A stretch of 64,000 nucleotides of DNA from Chitinophagaceae bacterium UBA1931. GTDB lineage: Bacteria; Bacteroidota; Bacteroidia; Chitinophagales; Chitinophagaceae. The stretch lies in NCBI GenBank assembly GCA_002337125.1, contig DDFJ01000001.1, positions 967,342 through 1,031,341 of the forward strand. Direction: 5' to 3'. This document shows, piece by piece, positions 38,585 through 48,738 of the stretch (position 1 is the stretch's first letter; every line of letters starts with the position of its first letter). Under the pieces are notes generated by a model. It was given only the letters and a program-made list of their open reading frames with translations, did not search any database and had not been told where the DNA came from. The translations under genes were made by a program, and so were the position numbers.

Positions 38585-39508
38585 TTATAAACTAACAACG
38601 GGGTTTGATTGTAATGCTGCAAGCTTTTCAATCAAATCTGCGGCTTCTTCCTTACTTAAATTCTGCAGCGGAGGCATTACATATTCTTCACACAAACCTT
38701 TACTACGCATCAGCACTTTCAATGCCCATAAACTTTCACCTAATGTTTTTCCAGCTTGATAAAGATTGCCATACACATCACTCAGCTTCTGCATTTCGTA
38801 AGCTTTCGCATGATCTCCTTCTTCAACAGCATTCAACATCAGTTCATAAATTTCAGGAAGCAGGTTACCTGTACTTGGAATCAATCCATCACTTCCTCCA
38901 ATCAATGCATCAGCCGATTTTGCTGCCCAGCCAAGAAAATGCCCGAAGTCTTCACGATCCTTCCACAATTCAAGCGATTGTTTTAAACGTTCATCACTGC
39001 GTTCAGAATCTTTTGTAGCAATAATATTCGGGTGATGACTTAACTCATCAATCAGCTGCAACGGGATACTCATGTGCGTGGTTGCAGGAATATTGTAAAT
39101 AATTAACGGCAACGGAACTGCATCAGCCAGTGTTTCAAAATAAACTTTCATCTGTGTTTCCGTCAATGCATAATACGAAGGCAAGGTTGCTGCCAAAGCA
39201 TCTACAGCATGATCAGCACAAAACTTTGCAAACTCAATTGATTCAGCAACAATGTTGGATGAAATGCCGGCATATAAAATAGTACCTGCTTGTTTATTTT
39301 TTTCTGCAGCAATCACATACTGTTCTTTCAACTCTGTTGAAATGGATGCAGATTCACCTGTAGTACCAAGTATAAACGGTGAAACCTTATGTGTATAAAA
39401 CTGCTGAAATATTTTTTGTACTGCAGTTTCATCAATATGATATGCAGCTGTCAATGGTGTTACAGCCGGAACAATGACCCCTGTAAACTTTTTATTCTTC
39501 TTCATCAA
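38585..39508 (-). CDS. DapA/DHDPS-family class I (pyruvate-dependent) aldolase
   Basis: 307 aa with GVIVPAVTPL, ILGTTGESASIS and IIATKDSE (Schiff-base Lys context). Confidence 0.85.
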   Translation of the reverse strand: MMKKNKKFTGVIVPAVTPLTAAYHIDETAVQKIFQQFYTHKVSPFILGTTGESASISTELKEQYVIAAEKNKQAGTILYAGISSNIVAESIEFAKFCADHAVDALAATLPSYYALTETQMKVYFETLADAVPLPLIIYNIPATTHMSIPLQLIDELSHHPNIIATKDSERSDERLKQSLELWKDREDFGHFLGWAAKSADALIGGSDGLIPSTGNLLPEIYELMLNAVEEGDHAKAYEMQKLSDVYGNLYQAGKTLGESLWALKVLMRSKGLCEEYVMPPLQNLSKEEAADLIEKLAALQSNPVVSL

Positions 39509-40656
39509 TAAGCTGATTTAAAAATTGCCACTGCATCTTCTTCCTTAATTTCTCTCGGATTGTTTTTCAGCAGCCTTTGTATTTTCATTGCTTCCTGTGC
39601 CATTTGCGGAATGGTATCTTCTTTCACTCCCACTTCCCTCAACGTTGAAGGAATGCCACAGGCAGCATTTAACTCTTTAATTTTTGCAACACCTGCTTTT
39701 GCAGTAGCCCATGCATCACTCTGCCGTTCACAACCCAATGCCACTGCAACATCTGCATAACGATCAGGCGAAGCAACAATGTTGTATTCCATTACATAAG
39801 GCAACAGCACTGCATTGGATAAACCATGTGCCAGGTGATACATGCTTCCCAAAGGATACGACAACGCATGAACACCAGCAGTGTTCACCGGTCCAAGACA
39901 AAAACCTCCGTATAAACTTCCCATCGCTACTTTTTCCCTTGCTTCAACATCTGATCCGTTTTTAACTGCAGTAACAATGTTTGATGCAATTAAGCGCATG
40001 CCTTCGTATGCAAACATATCAATGAATGGCTGTGCGAATTTGTTGGTGTAAGCTTCCAGGCAATGTGTTAAAGCATCCATGCCGGTTGCAGCTGTAATGG
40101 AAGGAGGAACAGAAACCGTCAGTAACGGATCAACATAGACCACGTCAGGAACCAAAAAAGGACTGATGATTCCTTTCTTCTGGTTATCTGTATCATCAAC
40201 CAGGATTGCATTGGGCGATACTTCACTTCCTGTACCTGAAGTGGCAGGCACACAGATTAATTTTTTTGTTCTTCCTTTCAGCAAACCAATCCCAACATAT
40301 TCTCTTAACTGCTGTTGATTGTCTAATTGTGCTGCAACAAGCTTTGCCACATCCAGCACACTTCCGCCACCAATACCAATCACCACATCCGGATTAAACG
40401 GCTCCACTTTTTTCATCAGCTTTTCAAAATCACTGAAGTAAGGTTCGGCAACAATCGAAGTATCAATCATCACTTCAATTGATTGTTGTTTGAAAACAGC
40501 AACAAATTCATTGACGGTTTTCAGCAACGGTTCAATAGTTGCAACAAATATTTTTGAAGGATGATCTGCAAGTACATCATCAGCCAGTTGCGGCAATGTG
40601 CCATTGCCAACCACTAACTTACCGGGAAAAATAATTTTGAATGGATTGACAGACAT
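39505..40656 (-). CDS. Iron-containing (group III) alcohol dehydrogenase
   Basis: 383 aa with GIGGGSVLDVAK, the CVPATSGTGSE motif and the metal-binding His region DALTHCLEAY. Confidence 0.9.
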   Translation of the reverse strand: MSVNPFKIIFPGKLVVGNGTLPQLADDVLADHPSKIFVATIEPLLKTVNEFVAVFKQQSIEVMIDTSIVAEPYFSDFEKLMKKVEPFNPDVVIGIGGGSVLDVAKLVAAQLDNQQQLREYVGIGLLKGRTKKLICVPATSGTGSEVSPNAILVDDTDNQKKGIISPFLVPDVVYVDPLLTVSVPPSITAATGMDALTHCLEAYTNKFAQPFIDMFAYEGMRLIASNIVTAVKNGSDVEAREKVAMGSLYGGFCLGPVNTAGVHALSYPLGSMYHLAHGLSNAVLLPYVMEYNIVASPDRYADVAVALGCERQSDAWATAKAGVAKIKELNAACGIPSTLREVGVKEDTIPQMAQEAMKIQRLLKNNPREIKEEDAVAIFKSAY

Positions 40657-40665
40657 ATTGATCGT

Positions 40666-41649
40666 TTAATAAATCTTTTCAGAAAAGTTAACCGGAATCA
40701 GTGAAGGAATATCCACCTGTTTAATCTGCAACCTGTCGCACCACATCTGGAAACGATCATAAATCAGGTCGAGTGTTTTGCGCTGATCAGGAGTTAACTT
40801 GGTTGCAACTGCACGACTGATTGTACGTACAGGCAATCCACGTTTCTGTAAAAAGTATTTTGAACTCATGGGATAAGCCACATGAATCAACGGATCAACA
40901 CTTGTCAATTGTTCCTGCAGCCATGCAACATCATCCTGCTTTTCAGGATTGGTTGCATTGTTCACCATCCACACCATTACTTCGGGATAAAAGTTTCCTG
41001 AAATAGATGACATTCCTTTTGCACCCTGCAGCATACTGAAATGTGTATTAGGTGTATGTGCATCATAAAACTCAAGTTTTGTATTGCCTGTTTCTTTCAG
41101 CACATCTAATTTGCCTTTTACATTTTCATGCGTGATGGAAGTATCCTTATGATAAATCAAACGATTTGCAGAAAGTAACTGGCGGAATGTATCAGCAGGA
41201 ATAATGCGCTTGTAAGGAGCCGGGCACTCATACATACCCATCGGGATATTTTCTGTAAGCTTGAATATCTGTTCAAAATTGTGCAGCAGTACATCTTCAC
41301 CATCTTCTTCTTTTGCAAAGTGACCGGTGATCATGATCGCAGCATCAATTCCTGTATCATGAATCTTTTTGGTAAACTCTGCTTTATCAGCAATGGTTAA
41401 ACCAAACGAACCGGTTGCAACAATCGGCACACGACCATTTACTTTATTGACAATATGCTGTGTTAATTCAAGACGCTCATCTTCGGTAATGCTGAACATT
41501 TCACTGCTGAGGCAGTTGGCAAAAAAACCTTTCACACCTGCAGCCAGGTAAAACTCCACAAGAATACTTACCACATCAAGATCAACTTTAGCTTTCAGGT
41601 CAAACGGTGTAATCATCACCGGCACAAACTTACTTTCACTGTTATTCAT
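40666..41649 (-). CDS. Second DapA/DHDPS-family class I aldolase (divergent)
   Basis: 327 aa with PVMITPF, RVPIVATGSF and IYHKDTS (Lys). The usual GTTGE is replaced by CLSSEMF, which indicates a distinct subfamily. Confidence 0.8.
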   Translation of the reverse strand: MNNSESKFVPVMITPFDLKAKVDLDVVSILVEFYLAAGVKGFFANCLSSEMFSITEDERLELTQHIVNKVNGRVPIVATGSFGLTIADKAEFTKKIHDTGIDAAIMITGHFAKEEDGEDVLLHNFEQIFKLTENIPMGMYECPAPYKRIIPADTFRQLLSANRLIYHKDTSITHENVKGKLDVLKETGNTKLEFYDAHTPNTHFSMLQGAKGMSSISGNFYPEVMVWMVNNATNPEKQDDVAWLQEQLTSVDPLIHVAYPMSSKYFLQKRGLPVRTISRAVATKLTPDQRKTLDLIYDRFQMWCDRLQIKQVDIPSLIPVNFSEKIY

Positions 41650-41751
41650 TGCTATATGGCATTGATTTTAGAAAGAAAAAATTACAAAACTCAATACTAC
41701 AACTGTTCTGTTTTCTGCAAATGGAACATCCAACTATTTTAATGGAAGATG

Positions 41752-43362
41752 TTACAATTGCACATCACCACAGAAATGAACCTTGATACCCAGCTCGGCC
41801 AATGCAGCTGCTTTGATACGGCAGGCTTTATGAGCCGTTGCTTCATCAGGTGTATACACAACATGTATGTGATTTGCTTTATGTTTTGCCATCATCTGGT
41901 TTTGCGAAACTCCTTTCACAATTCCATGCATGATGGGCCATTGTGGATTTGTTGCATTCCAGCGGCGTTGTGTTTCTGCTTCGGGCAGATCAGCAACTTC
42001 ACCTACACCCAGGTCGCAATGAAGTTCATCTTTCACCAGGTAAATACGGCTCCATACAATTGAACCAGGTTTGCTGTTTCCTTTCAACGTACCACCACCT
42101 TTAGGGAAAAACATTGGCGGCTGACGGTCACTGCTTGCACCGGCATATCCATTAATGAAATGTGCTGCAGGTGCTGCACCTGAAATTAAAAACACCCACA
42201 CGAAAGCATCAGTCTTTTCATCTTTGTAATATTGTCCCCAACGCAGATCATGCAAGGTATTTTCTCCACTCATACCTAATTCATTCCACAATTTGTAAGT
42301 GATAAGCGAATCAAGTCCTGCACATTCATCCACTTCATTAAAGTGAGGAATAGCTTTTCCAGCAAACAATTCTTTTCCGTTTGTATCAAACACCGGAGGA
42401 CGTTCAGTGTTATTCAGTAAACCTTCCACCAGATCACTTGCTGCACAAATATCTTTCAGTCCCTGCTGGTATTGAATGCCGATTGTTGCACATCCAAACC
42501 AATCAGCCAAACGTACTGCAGCGATATACATTTTACATTGCTCAAGTGTTTGTTCTTTTGTCAGTTCAGTTGCATAATCAGTGCCCCAGTTAAACTTCAT
42601 TCCTTTATCAAGCAGCCATTGCAATACCGCATTTGCTTCTTCATCTTTCACCGTTAACATCTCTGCAAACAATGCACTCTGGCTGAGACGTTCTTTAAAG
42701 ACGCCTGTTTCATGTAAAACAGAATCAGGGATAATGGCATTATACATTCCCATACAACCTTCATCAAACACACCCATGATTGCTTTTTTCTTACGGAATG
42801 CTTTTGCAAATGCTCTTCCCTGCTCTTCTTCCTGCAAAGGAATTTTGATGAGATCAAAATCTTTTACATGACTGCAGTCGTGTGTAATCTTTCCTGTTTG
42901 TAACCATTCGGTCAAACCATCTAAGAAAAATGCATCATCAAAATTTTCACTCCACAAGGTGCTGTAGTTAACTCCTGCTTTTGTGAGTGAACCATTTAAA
43001 TTCAACAGACCAACAAGACCGGGCCATTCACCACTCCAGTTAGCAACTGTTAAGATGGGTCCTTTATGTGTGGTTAATCCTGCAAGCACATGATGACTGT
43101 ATTGCCATAAACTTTCTGCCACAATCAGTGCTGCATTTTCATCAATATGGCTGAACACTTCCATGCCCATTTTCTGTGAATCGATCAAGCCATGTTGCTT
43201 TGCAGCATCATAAGCATGTGTACGTTTAACGGTATAACCTTTTTTTGCCAATACTGCACTGAGTTGTTTTTCCATTTGTTCCTGTGCAGGCCAGCAGGTG
43301 ATATTTGCTGAAGGACGGGAATCGCCACTGGCAACTAAAATGATTTCTTTTGTATTGTTCAT
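41752..43362 (-). CDS. L-fucose isomerase (FucI)-superfamily sugar isomerase, about 540-aa subfamily
   Basis: 536 aa. The C-terminal pattern [19 protein letters not shown]...[15 protein letters not shown]...[10 protein letters not shown]...[10 protein letters not shown] parallels E. coli FucI (TRVNIIKG...LQIAEG...RTNSTWPTTWF...ANHGVLTIGH...IPVCMHN). The alignment was made from memory only. Confidence 0.6.
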   Translation of the reverse strand: MNNTKEIILVASGDSRPSANITCWPAQEQMEKQLSAVLAKKGYTVKRTHAYDAAKQHGLIDSQKMGMEVFSHIDENAALIVAESLWQYSHHVLAGLTTHKGPILTVANWSGEWPGLVGLLNLNGSLTKAGVNYSTLWSENFDDAFFLDGLTEWLQTGKITHDCSHVKDFDLIKIPLQEEEQGRAFAKAFRKKKAIMGVFDEGCMGMYNAIIPDSVLHETGVFKERLSQSALFAEMLTVKDEEANAVLQWLLDKGMKFNWGTDYATELTKEQTLEQCKMYIAAVRLADWFGCATIGIQYQQGLKDICAASDLVEGLLNNTERPPVFDTNGKELFAGKAIPHFNEVDECAGLDSLITYKLWNELGMSGENTLHDLRWGQYYKDEKTDAFVWVFLISGAAPAAHFINGYAGASSDRQPPMFFPKGGGTLKGNSKPGSIVWSRIYLVKDELHCDLGVGEVADLPEAETQRRWNATNPQWPIMHGIVKGVSQNQMMAKHKANHIHVVYTPDEATAHKACRIKAAALAELGIKVHFCGDVQL

Positions 43363-43379
43363 ATAAAATGATTGTATTA

Positions 43380-44936
43380 TTAAGAAGATTGTTTTTTGAA
43401 TTTAGTAAACAGTACACCCACTAGAAAAATGGAAAGTGTACCCACAACGATGATCATGTTTTTATGTAAAGATGATTTTACAAATGAATATTCAGCTGGA
43501 ATACGATCAGAAAAAGTCATCCATAAAATCACGATCACGCCAGCAAGGGTGGCAATGATGGCTTCTGTGTTTTTTGTTTTTTTGCTGATGAGTCCCAGTA
43601 GAAACAGTCCAAGCATGCCACCTGCAAAAATGCCGCTCAGCTCCCACCATATATCCAACAAGCTTTTTGCACCAATCATGGCAAGACCTGTTGTTAAACC
43701 AATCAAACCAAACACAACTGTTGAAACATGCAGCAGGAACAATTTTTGCTTATCCGTTATTTCAGGTTTAAAATATTTCTGGTAAATATCAACTGTAAAA
43801 ACAGTTGCCGATGCATTCATGTTGCTGCTGATGGTACTCATTGCGGCCGATAGCAATGCTGAAACAATTAAACCAACCAAACCTGTGGGAATATTATTCA
43901 CCATAAAAAACGGCAACACTTTATCGCCATAATCAGAAGGTTTGAATGATGCAGCAAGTTGATGAATCTGCTCCTGTGTTGCTGATACACCTAAACGCTC
44001 TGCAGCCACCTGCAGTTTAACGGGATCAATTAATCCCGGTTGTGATTGATAAAATGCATACAGTGCTGTGCCAATCACAAAAAACAAAAACGATGCAGGT
44101 ACATAAATCCACACACATAACCAGATGGACTTACTTGCCTGTTTTGAGTTTTTAGCTGTATGGTAACGCTGAATATAATTCTGGTCCATACCAAAATTAT
44201 TCAGATTGATAAAGAAGCCATACAGGAGAATCACCCAGAAAGTTGATTGTGTAAAATCAGGTTTAAAACTGCCGAGACTTATTTTATGATCTGCCGTTGC
44301 AATCGCTGTGATCTTTGAAATACCACCGGGAATTTCTTTGATCACTAAAAATAAAATGAGCAATGCACCGAGTGTTTTAATCACACCTTGTGCAACTTCT
44401 GTCCATATCACAGCTTCCATTCCACCAAGAACGGTGTAGATGATGATACAGATACCCATTACAATCATAATGGATTGCATGCTGAAACCGGTTAATGCCT
44501 GCAAGCTTAATGCAATACCGAAAAAGATAGAGCCCATCCGTGCAAACTGCGTCAGCAAAAAACAAACAACTGCATATGTTCTTGCCCATGGGCCAAAACG
44601 TTTTTCAAGATTGGTGTATGCAGATATTTCACCTGTGTTTCTGTAAAATGGTACAAAATATTTTGATGCAAACCATGCAGCCAGCGGCATGGATATACTG
44701 AACACAAATGCATTCCAGTTGCTGCCAAATGCTTTGCCCGGCACTCCAAGAAATGTGTTACTGCTGAGAAAAGTTGCATAGATGGACAAACCAATTGCCC
44801 AGCCGGGAATTTTTCCTGAAGCTTTGGTAAACTGGTCGCTGTTTTTATTCTTACGTGAAAAATAAAAACCGATGCCTATCATCGCAAGCATATAACAGGC
44901 AATCACCGCAAGATCAATAAATGGCAAGTTGTGCAT
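43380..44936 (-). CDS. Sodium:solute symporter (SSS family)
   Basis: 518-aa polytopic protein with [30 protein letters not shown]. It is a paralogue of 34648-36216. Confidence 0.9.
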   Translation of the reverse strand: MHNLPFIDLAVIACYMLAMIGIGFYFSRKNKNSDQFTKASGKIPGWAIGLSIYATFLSSNTFLGVPGKAFGSNWNAFVFSISMPLAAWFASKYFVPFYRNTGEISAYTNLEKRFGPWARTYAVVCFLLTQFARMGSIFFGIALSLQALTGFSMQSIMIVMGICIIIYTVLGGMEAVIWTEVAQGVIKTLGALLILFLVIKEIPGGISKITAIATADHKISLGSFKPDFTQSTFWVILLYGFFINLNNFGMDQNYIQRYHTAKNSKQASKSIWLCVWIYVPASFLFFVIGTALYAFYQSQPGLIDPVKLQVAAERLGVSATQEQIHQLAASFKPSDYGDKVLPFFMVNNIPTGLVGLIVSALLSAAMSTISSNMNASATVFTVDIYQKYFKPEITDKQKLFLLHVSTVVFGLIGLTTGLAMIGAKSLLDIWWELSGIFAGGMLGLFLLGLISKKTKNTEAIIATLAGVIVILWMTFSDRIPAEYSFVKSSLHKNMIIVVGTLSIFLVGVLFTKFKKQSS

Positions 44937-44946
44937 TTTGAAAACC

Positions 44947-47900
44947 TTAATCGTTAGTAGTTATACCGGTTATTTTTAATGCTCCCGGCCATTCTTTATT
45001 TACAATTTCTTTCAACTCCAGTTTAGAAGGATCTAACACAACATGTTTTATCCGTTCTCTTCTCCACGTATAAACAATGTGTACCATTCCATCTTTTGTT
45101 TGTATAACTGATGGGTATGAATACTGGCTGATTGGAGAATCTTCCAGTACAATAGCTGCATACCATGTTTTACCATCTTTACTGATTGCAACATTCAGCG
45201 GAGTGCGTGGTCCTTTCCCTTTGTACCATGTTGAGTCGGGTAATGTGTGATTATATACCAGTAACTGTCTTCCGTCTTTCAACGTTACTGCATCTGTTCC
45301 TGAATTATTATTGGGCAATGCGGAAGGTTTCATTGCAGACCATGTTTTACCGCCATCATAACTCCAGCTTTCGTTGATGGTTGTATTACGGCTGCGGCAT
45401 AAAATTTGCAAACGGCCATCTTTATATTTTAAAATACTTGGCTGTATTGCCTCAATTGTTTTTCCATCGTTGATGTCTTCACTCTTTGTCCATGTTTTAC
45501 CATAATCCGTAGTGAATTCAATATGCGCTTTCCAACCTGTTTTTTCTGTACTGCTTGGACAAAGCAAAACTCCATTGATGAGTTCAGGTTTGTTTTTAAT
45601 TGGTCCTAAAAATCCTTCAGGTAATGCTTCACGTTTGCTCCATGTACGACCATTGTCTTTGCTGCGCATCATCCATCCCGTCCAGCCGGCAACGTTAGGT
45701 CCTATTTTGTAGAACAATAACAATTCTCCGTTGGGCGCATAAAACAAAACAGGATTATAACAGGCATAACGCACTGAATCATTCATCACACCATCAGCAA
45801 CTTTTTCAGGAACAGTCCATTTACCTTTTACCAATCGGCTTGTCCATAAACAAACATCACTGTAACCTTCTTTTGTTCCGCCAAACCATGCAGCAATTAA
45901 ACCATCCGGTGTTTCAGCAATGGTGGAAGCATGGCTTTCAGGAAACGATGCACGGTTGAAAATAAATTCATCTGTCACCACTCCTTTCCTGTATTTAAAT
46001 GTTGATACAAAATGATAACTGCCTGAACCGATTTCAAACACAGCAGTTCTTCCTTCCATACCAATGAGCTTTACGCCGTTTGCCTTTGCTGCAGCAAGAT
46101 TATTTTCCATTACATCCTCACCTGAAGATGCAGGAATATAAACCACTGCTGAACTGTTTGCAGGAACAGTTATATCCCAGGTAAACTGCTGGTTCGTTTT
46201 CTTCCAGCTGCTCTTAATCGTTCCATAGAGTGTATTGTAAGATGCGGTTGCAAAATTCAACCCATCAATATTTTCGGGTTTCATGATAATCTTTTTGAAG
46301 CCCACTTCTGTTTCATCTGATTTAATACCTGCAACATGTTCATATAACCAGATCAGCAGATCACCAAGAATCATCACATGGTTTTGTGAGTTCATCCATG
46401 GATTTGCTGTATTACCATTCCACAACTCCCAGATAGTTGTTGCACCACTCTCAGCCATATAACCCCAGCTGGGATATGTTTTGTTTGATGCAAGTGTGAA
46501 TGAAATATCGGGATGCTGAAATTTCGTTAACGTTCTCATCAGCCATTGTGTACCTATTACACCTGTGCTGATATGCATATTTTTTTCAATCCTGATTTTT
46601 GTGTAGATATTATTGAATACTGCTTCTTTGTTCGCATTATCCACCATATCAAAATACAAAGGCAGTAAGTTAGACGTGATGCTGTTATTGGCGTAATATT
46701 TTTTCGAAGCATTGTAAAACTTATTGTTGAATGCCTGTTTCACATTTACAGCAAGAGATGCATATTCATTTACATCCTGCTCGTTATGACTGATCTTTGC
46801 AAATTTCTGCATCAATCCAAGAAGGTAATAATAGTATGATGAAGCGATCAGTTCTCCATCTGTATTCAGCATGCTGTCTTTTGCATGAATGAGTTCAAGA
46901 CTTTCGGGAGGTACACACCAATCACCATAGCTGTCTCTTGAAATGAGATAGTTCTTCATGTACTTTGTTTCCATCATCTTCATCCACTTACGCATGGATG
47001 GATAATGTTTTACAACCGATGCAGCATCACCAAACTGCCTGTACAGCATATCAGTGACTGTTAAATAAGTTCCGGGCCAGGTAACATTATCAGTATAATA
47101 TTTTTTGTAGGCAGGAACAATATCAGGAATAGTTCCTTCTTCAGTTTGGGCATCCTGCATATCGTTCAGCCATTTGGCATAAAGCTTAGCATTGTCAAAC
47201 AAAAAACTTTCGCCATAACAACCAATAGCATGATCGCCCAACCAGGGCTGACGTTCATCACGCTGCGGACAATCAACCGGCATTCCTTTGTAGTTGGATG
47301 AAATTCCCCACCATGCATTTTTCAATACTTTGTTGATGATGGTATCAGATGTCTGCAGTGAACCGGTTGTAGCAAATCCGTCATACACAACCATTCCTTC
47401 AAAATCATTTACAGTGGGAACACCCGGATAACCGGTGATTTCAACAAACCTGAAACCGTTGTAAATAAATGATGGATGCCAGACCTCCACACCAGTTCCT
47501 TTCAACGTGTAGATATTTGTTTGATAGGCGCTGCGAAGATTGGCAGTGTACAAGGAATCGTTTGGCTGTATGCTTTCCGCAAAACGCATGGTTACTTTTG
47601 TTCCTGCATTGCCTTTTACTTTCAGTTGTAACCAACCTGCAAAGTTTTGGCCCATATCAAGAACGTAAGTTGTAGTGCCTGTTTTTTTAATTGATAAAGG
47701 TTTGATGGTTTTCATCACACGCATTGGCTCATTCATCTGTGCACGAAGCACACCATCAGGAGCTTTTACAATTTCAGGTGTTAACCATTTCGAGTCATTG
47801 TAATTAATATTATTCCATCCAGTCAGTTCTTTTGTTGCATCATATTCTTCGCCATCGTATTCATTGGCTGTGCGTACAGGTCCATCCACATTCAGTTTCC

Positions 47901-48738
47901 AGCTTTCATCTGTTACAATGATTTGCTTTGAACCATTTGCATATTCAATTTCCAACTGAAGCAACATTTTAGGAAAACCGAAATTCAATAAACGATCGGT
48001 TTTAAAATTCTGGCGCATATTAAAGAAACGGCCATTGCCCAACGTTGCAGCAACAGCATTCTTTCCTGCACGCAGCATTGTTGTTACATCGTATGTATTG
48101 TACTGAACTGTTTTACGATAATCGGTTGGTGATGGAGTTAATACATTATTACCAACTTTCTTTCCGTTAATAAAGAGTTCGTACAAACCAAGACCAACGA
48201 TATAAACTTTCGCTGATTTGATTGTTTGTGCAGAAGTAAATTCTTTACGCAGGTAACGGGCCGATAATCTTGCATGCATCACCATGCTGTCCCATGCGGA
48301 TGCTTTATCATAACCAATCCATTTCCCTTTCCAGTCATCTTTGTTCAGCAAACCAATGCTGAAGTAAGCAGTTTTGCTCCATTCACTTGTTCCTTTATTC
48401 GTAACGATTTTTACTTTCCAATAACAGGTTGTTTTGCTTTGCAATGTTTTACCATTGTAAACAACATGCACCGACCGACCAGAACTGATTGTTCCTGAAT
48501 TCCATAAATCACCAATGTTCTGATTCAGCATTTCAACAGATGAAGCAACAATCAACTGGTACGACTGCTGCTGAACATTTCTTTGAGTTGAATTGATCTG
48601 CCAGCTTAAGCGTGGTTGTGTTACATCAATCCCCAATGGGTTTACCAGCATTTCGCAGTGGAGATCAGTAACAGACACTTGTGCCTGCATTGAAAGCACA
48701 CTCAAAAATCCAATCAGTAAAACAAAAATCCTTTTCAT
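44947..48738 (-). CDS. GH78 alpha-L-rhamnosidase fused to a C-terminal sialidase-fold (BNR/Asp-box) domain
   Basis: 1263 aa with a signal peptide. GH78 motifs are LHCEMLVNPLGIDVTQPRLSWQI and GMPVDCPQRDERQPWLGD. From about residue 895 (nt about 44950-46060) there are four Asp-boxes: SKDNGRTWS, TTDYGKTWT, SYDGGKTWS and SKDGKTWY. This region also has FPESHASTIAETPDGLIAAWFGG. There is a 1-nt TAATG stop/start overlap with the GH2 gene. Confidence 0.85.
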   Translation of the reverse strand: MKRIFVLLIGFLSVLSMQAQVSVTDLHCEMLVNPLGIDVTQPRLSWQINSTQRNVQQQSYQLIVASSVEMLNQNIGDLWNSGTISSGRSVHVVYNGKTLQSKTTCYWKVKIVTNKGTSEWSKTAYFSIGLLNKDDWKGKWIGYDKASAWDSMVMHARLSARYLRKEFTSAQTIKSAKVYIVGLGLYELFINGKKVGNNVLTPSPTDYRKTVQYNTYDVTTMLRAGKNAVAATLGNGRFFNMRQNFKTDRLLNFGFPKMLLQLEIEYANGSKQIIVTDESWKLNVDGPVRTANEYDGEEYDATKELTGWNNINYNDSKWLTPEIVKAPDGVLRAQMNEPMRVMKTIKPLSIKKTGTTTYVLDMGQNFAGWLQLKVKGNAGTKVTMRFAESIQPNDSLYTANLRSAYQTNIYTLKGTGVEVWHPSFIYNGFRFVEITGYPGVPTVNDFEGMVVYDGFATTGSLQTSDTIINKVLKNAWWGISSNYKGMPVDCPQRDERQPWLGDHAIGCYGESFLFDNAKLYAKWLNDMQDAQTEEGTIPDIVPAYKKYYTDNVTWPGTYLTVTDMLYRQFGDAASVVKHYPSMRKWMKMMETKYMKNYLISRDSYGDWCVPPESLELIHAKDSMLNTDGELIASSYYYYLLGLMQKFAKISHNEQDVNEYASLAVNVKQAFNNKFYNASKKYYANNSITSNLLPLYFDMVDNANKEAVFNNIYTKIRIEKNMHISTGVIGTQWLMRTLTKFQHPDISFTLASNKTYPSWGYMAESGATTIWELWNGNTANPWMNSQNHVMILGDLLIWLYEHVAGIKSDETEVGFKKIIMKPENIDGLNFATASYNTLYGTIKSSWKKTNQQFTWDITVPANSSAVVYIPASSGEDVMENNLAAAKANGVKLIGMEGRTAVFEIGSGSYHFVSTFKYRKGVVTDEFIFNRASFPESHASTIAETPDGLIAAWFGGTKEGYSDVCLWTSRLVKGKWTVPEKVADGVMNDSVRYACYNPVLFYAPNGELLLFYKIGPNVAGWTGWMMRSKDNGRTWSKREALPEGFLGPIKNKPELINGVLLCPSSTEKTGWKAHIEFTTDYGKTWTKSEDINDGKTIEAIQPSILKYKDGRLQILCRSRNTTINESWSYDGGKTWSAMKPSALPNNNSGTDAVTLKDGRQLLVYNHTLPDSTWYKGKGPRTPLNVAISKDGKTWYAAIVLEDSPISQYSYPSVIQTKDGMVHIVYTWRRERIKHVVLDPSKLELKEIVNKEWPGALKITGITTND

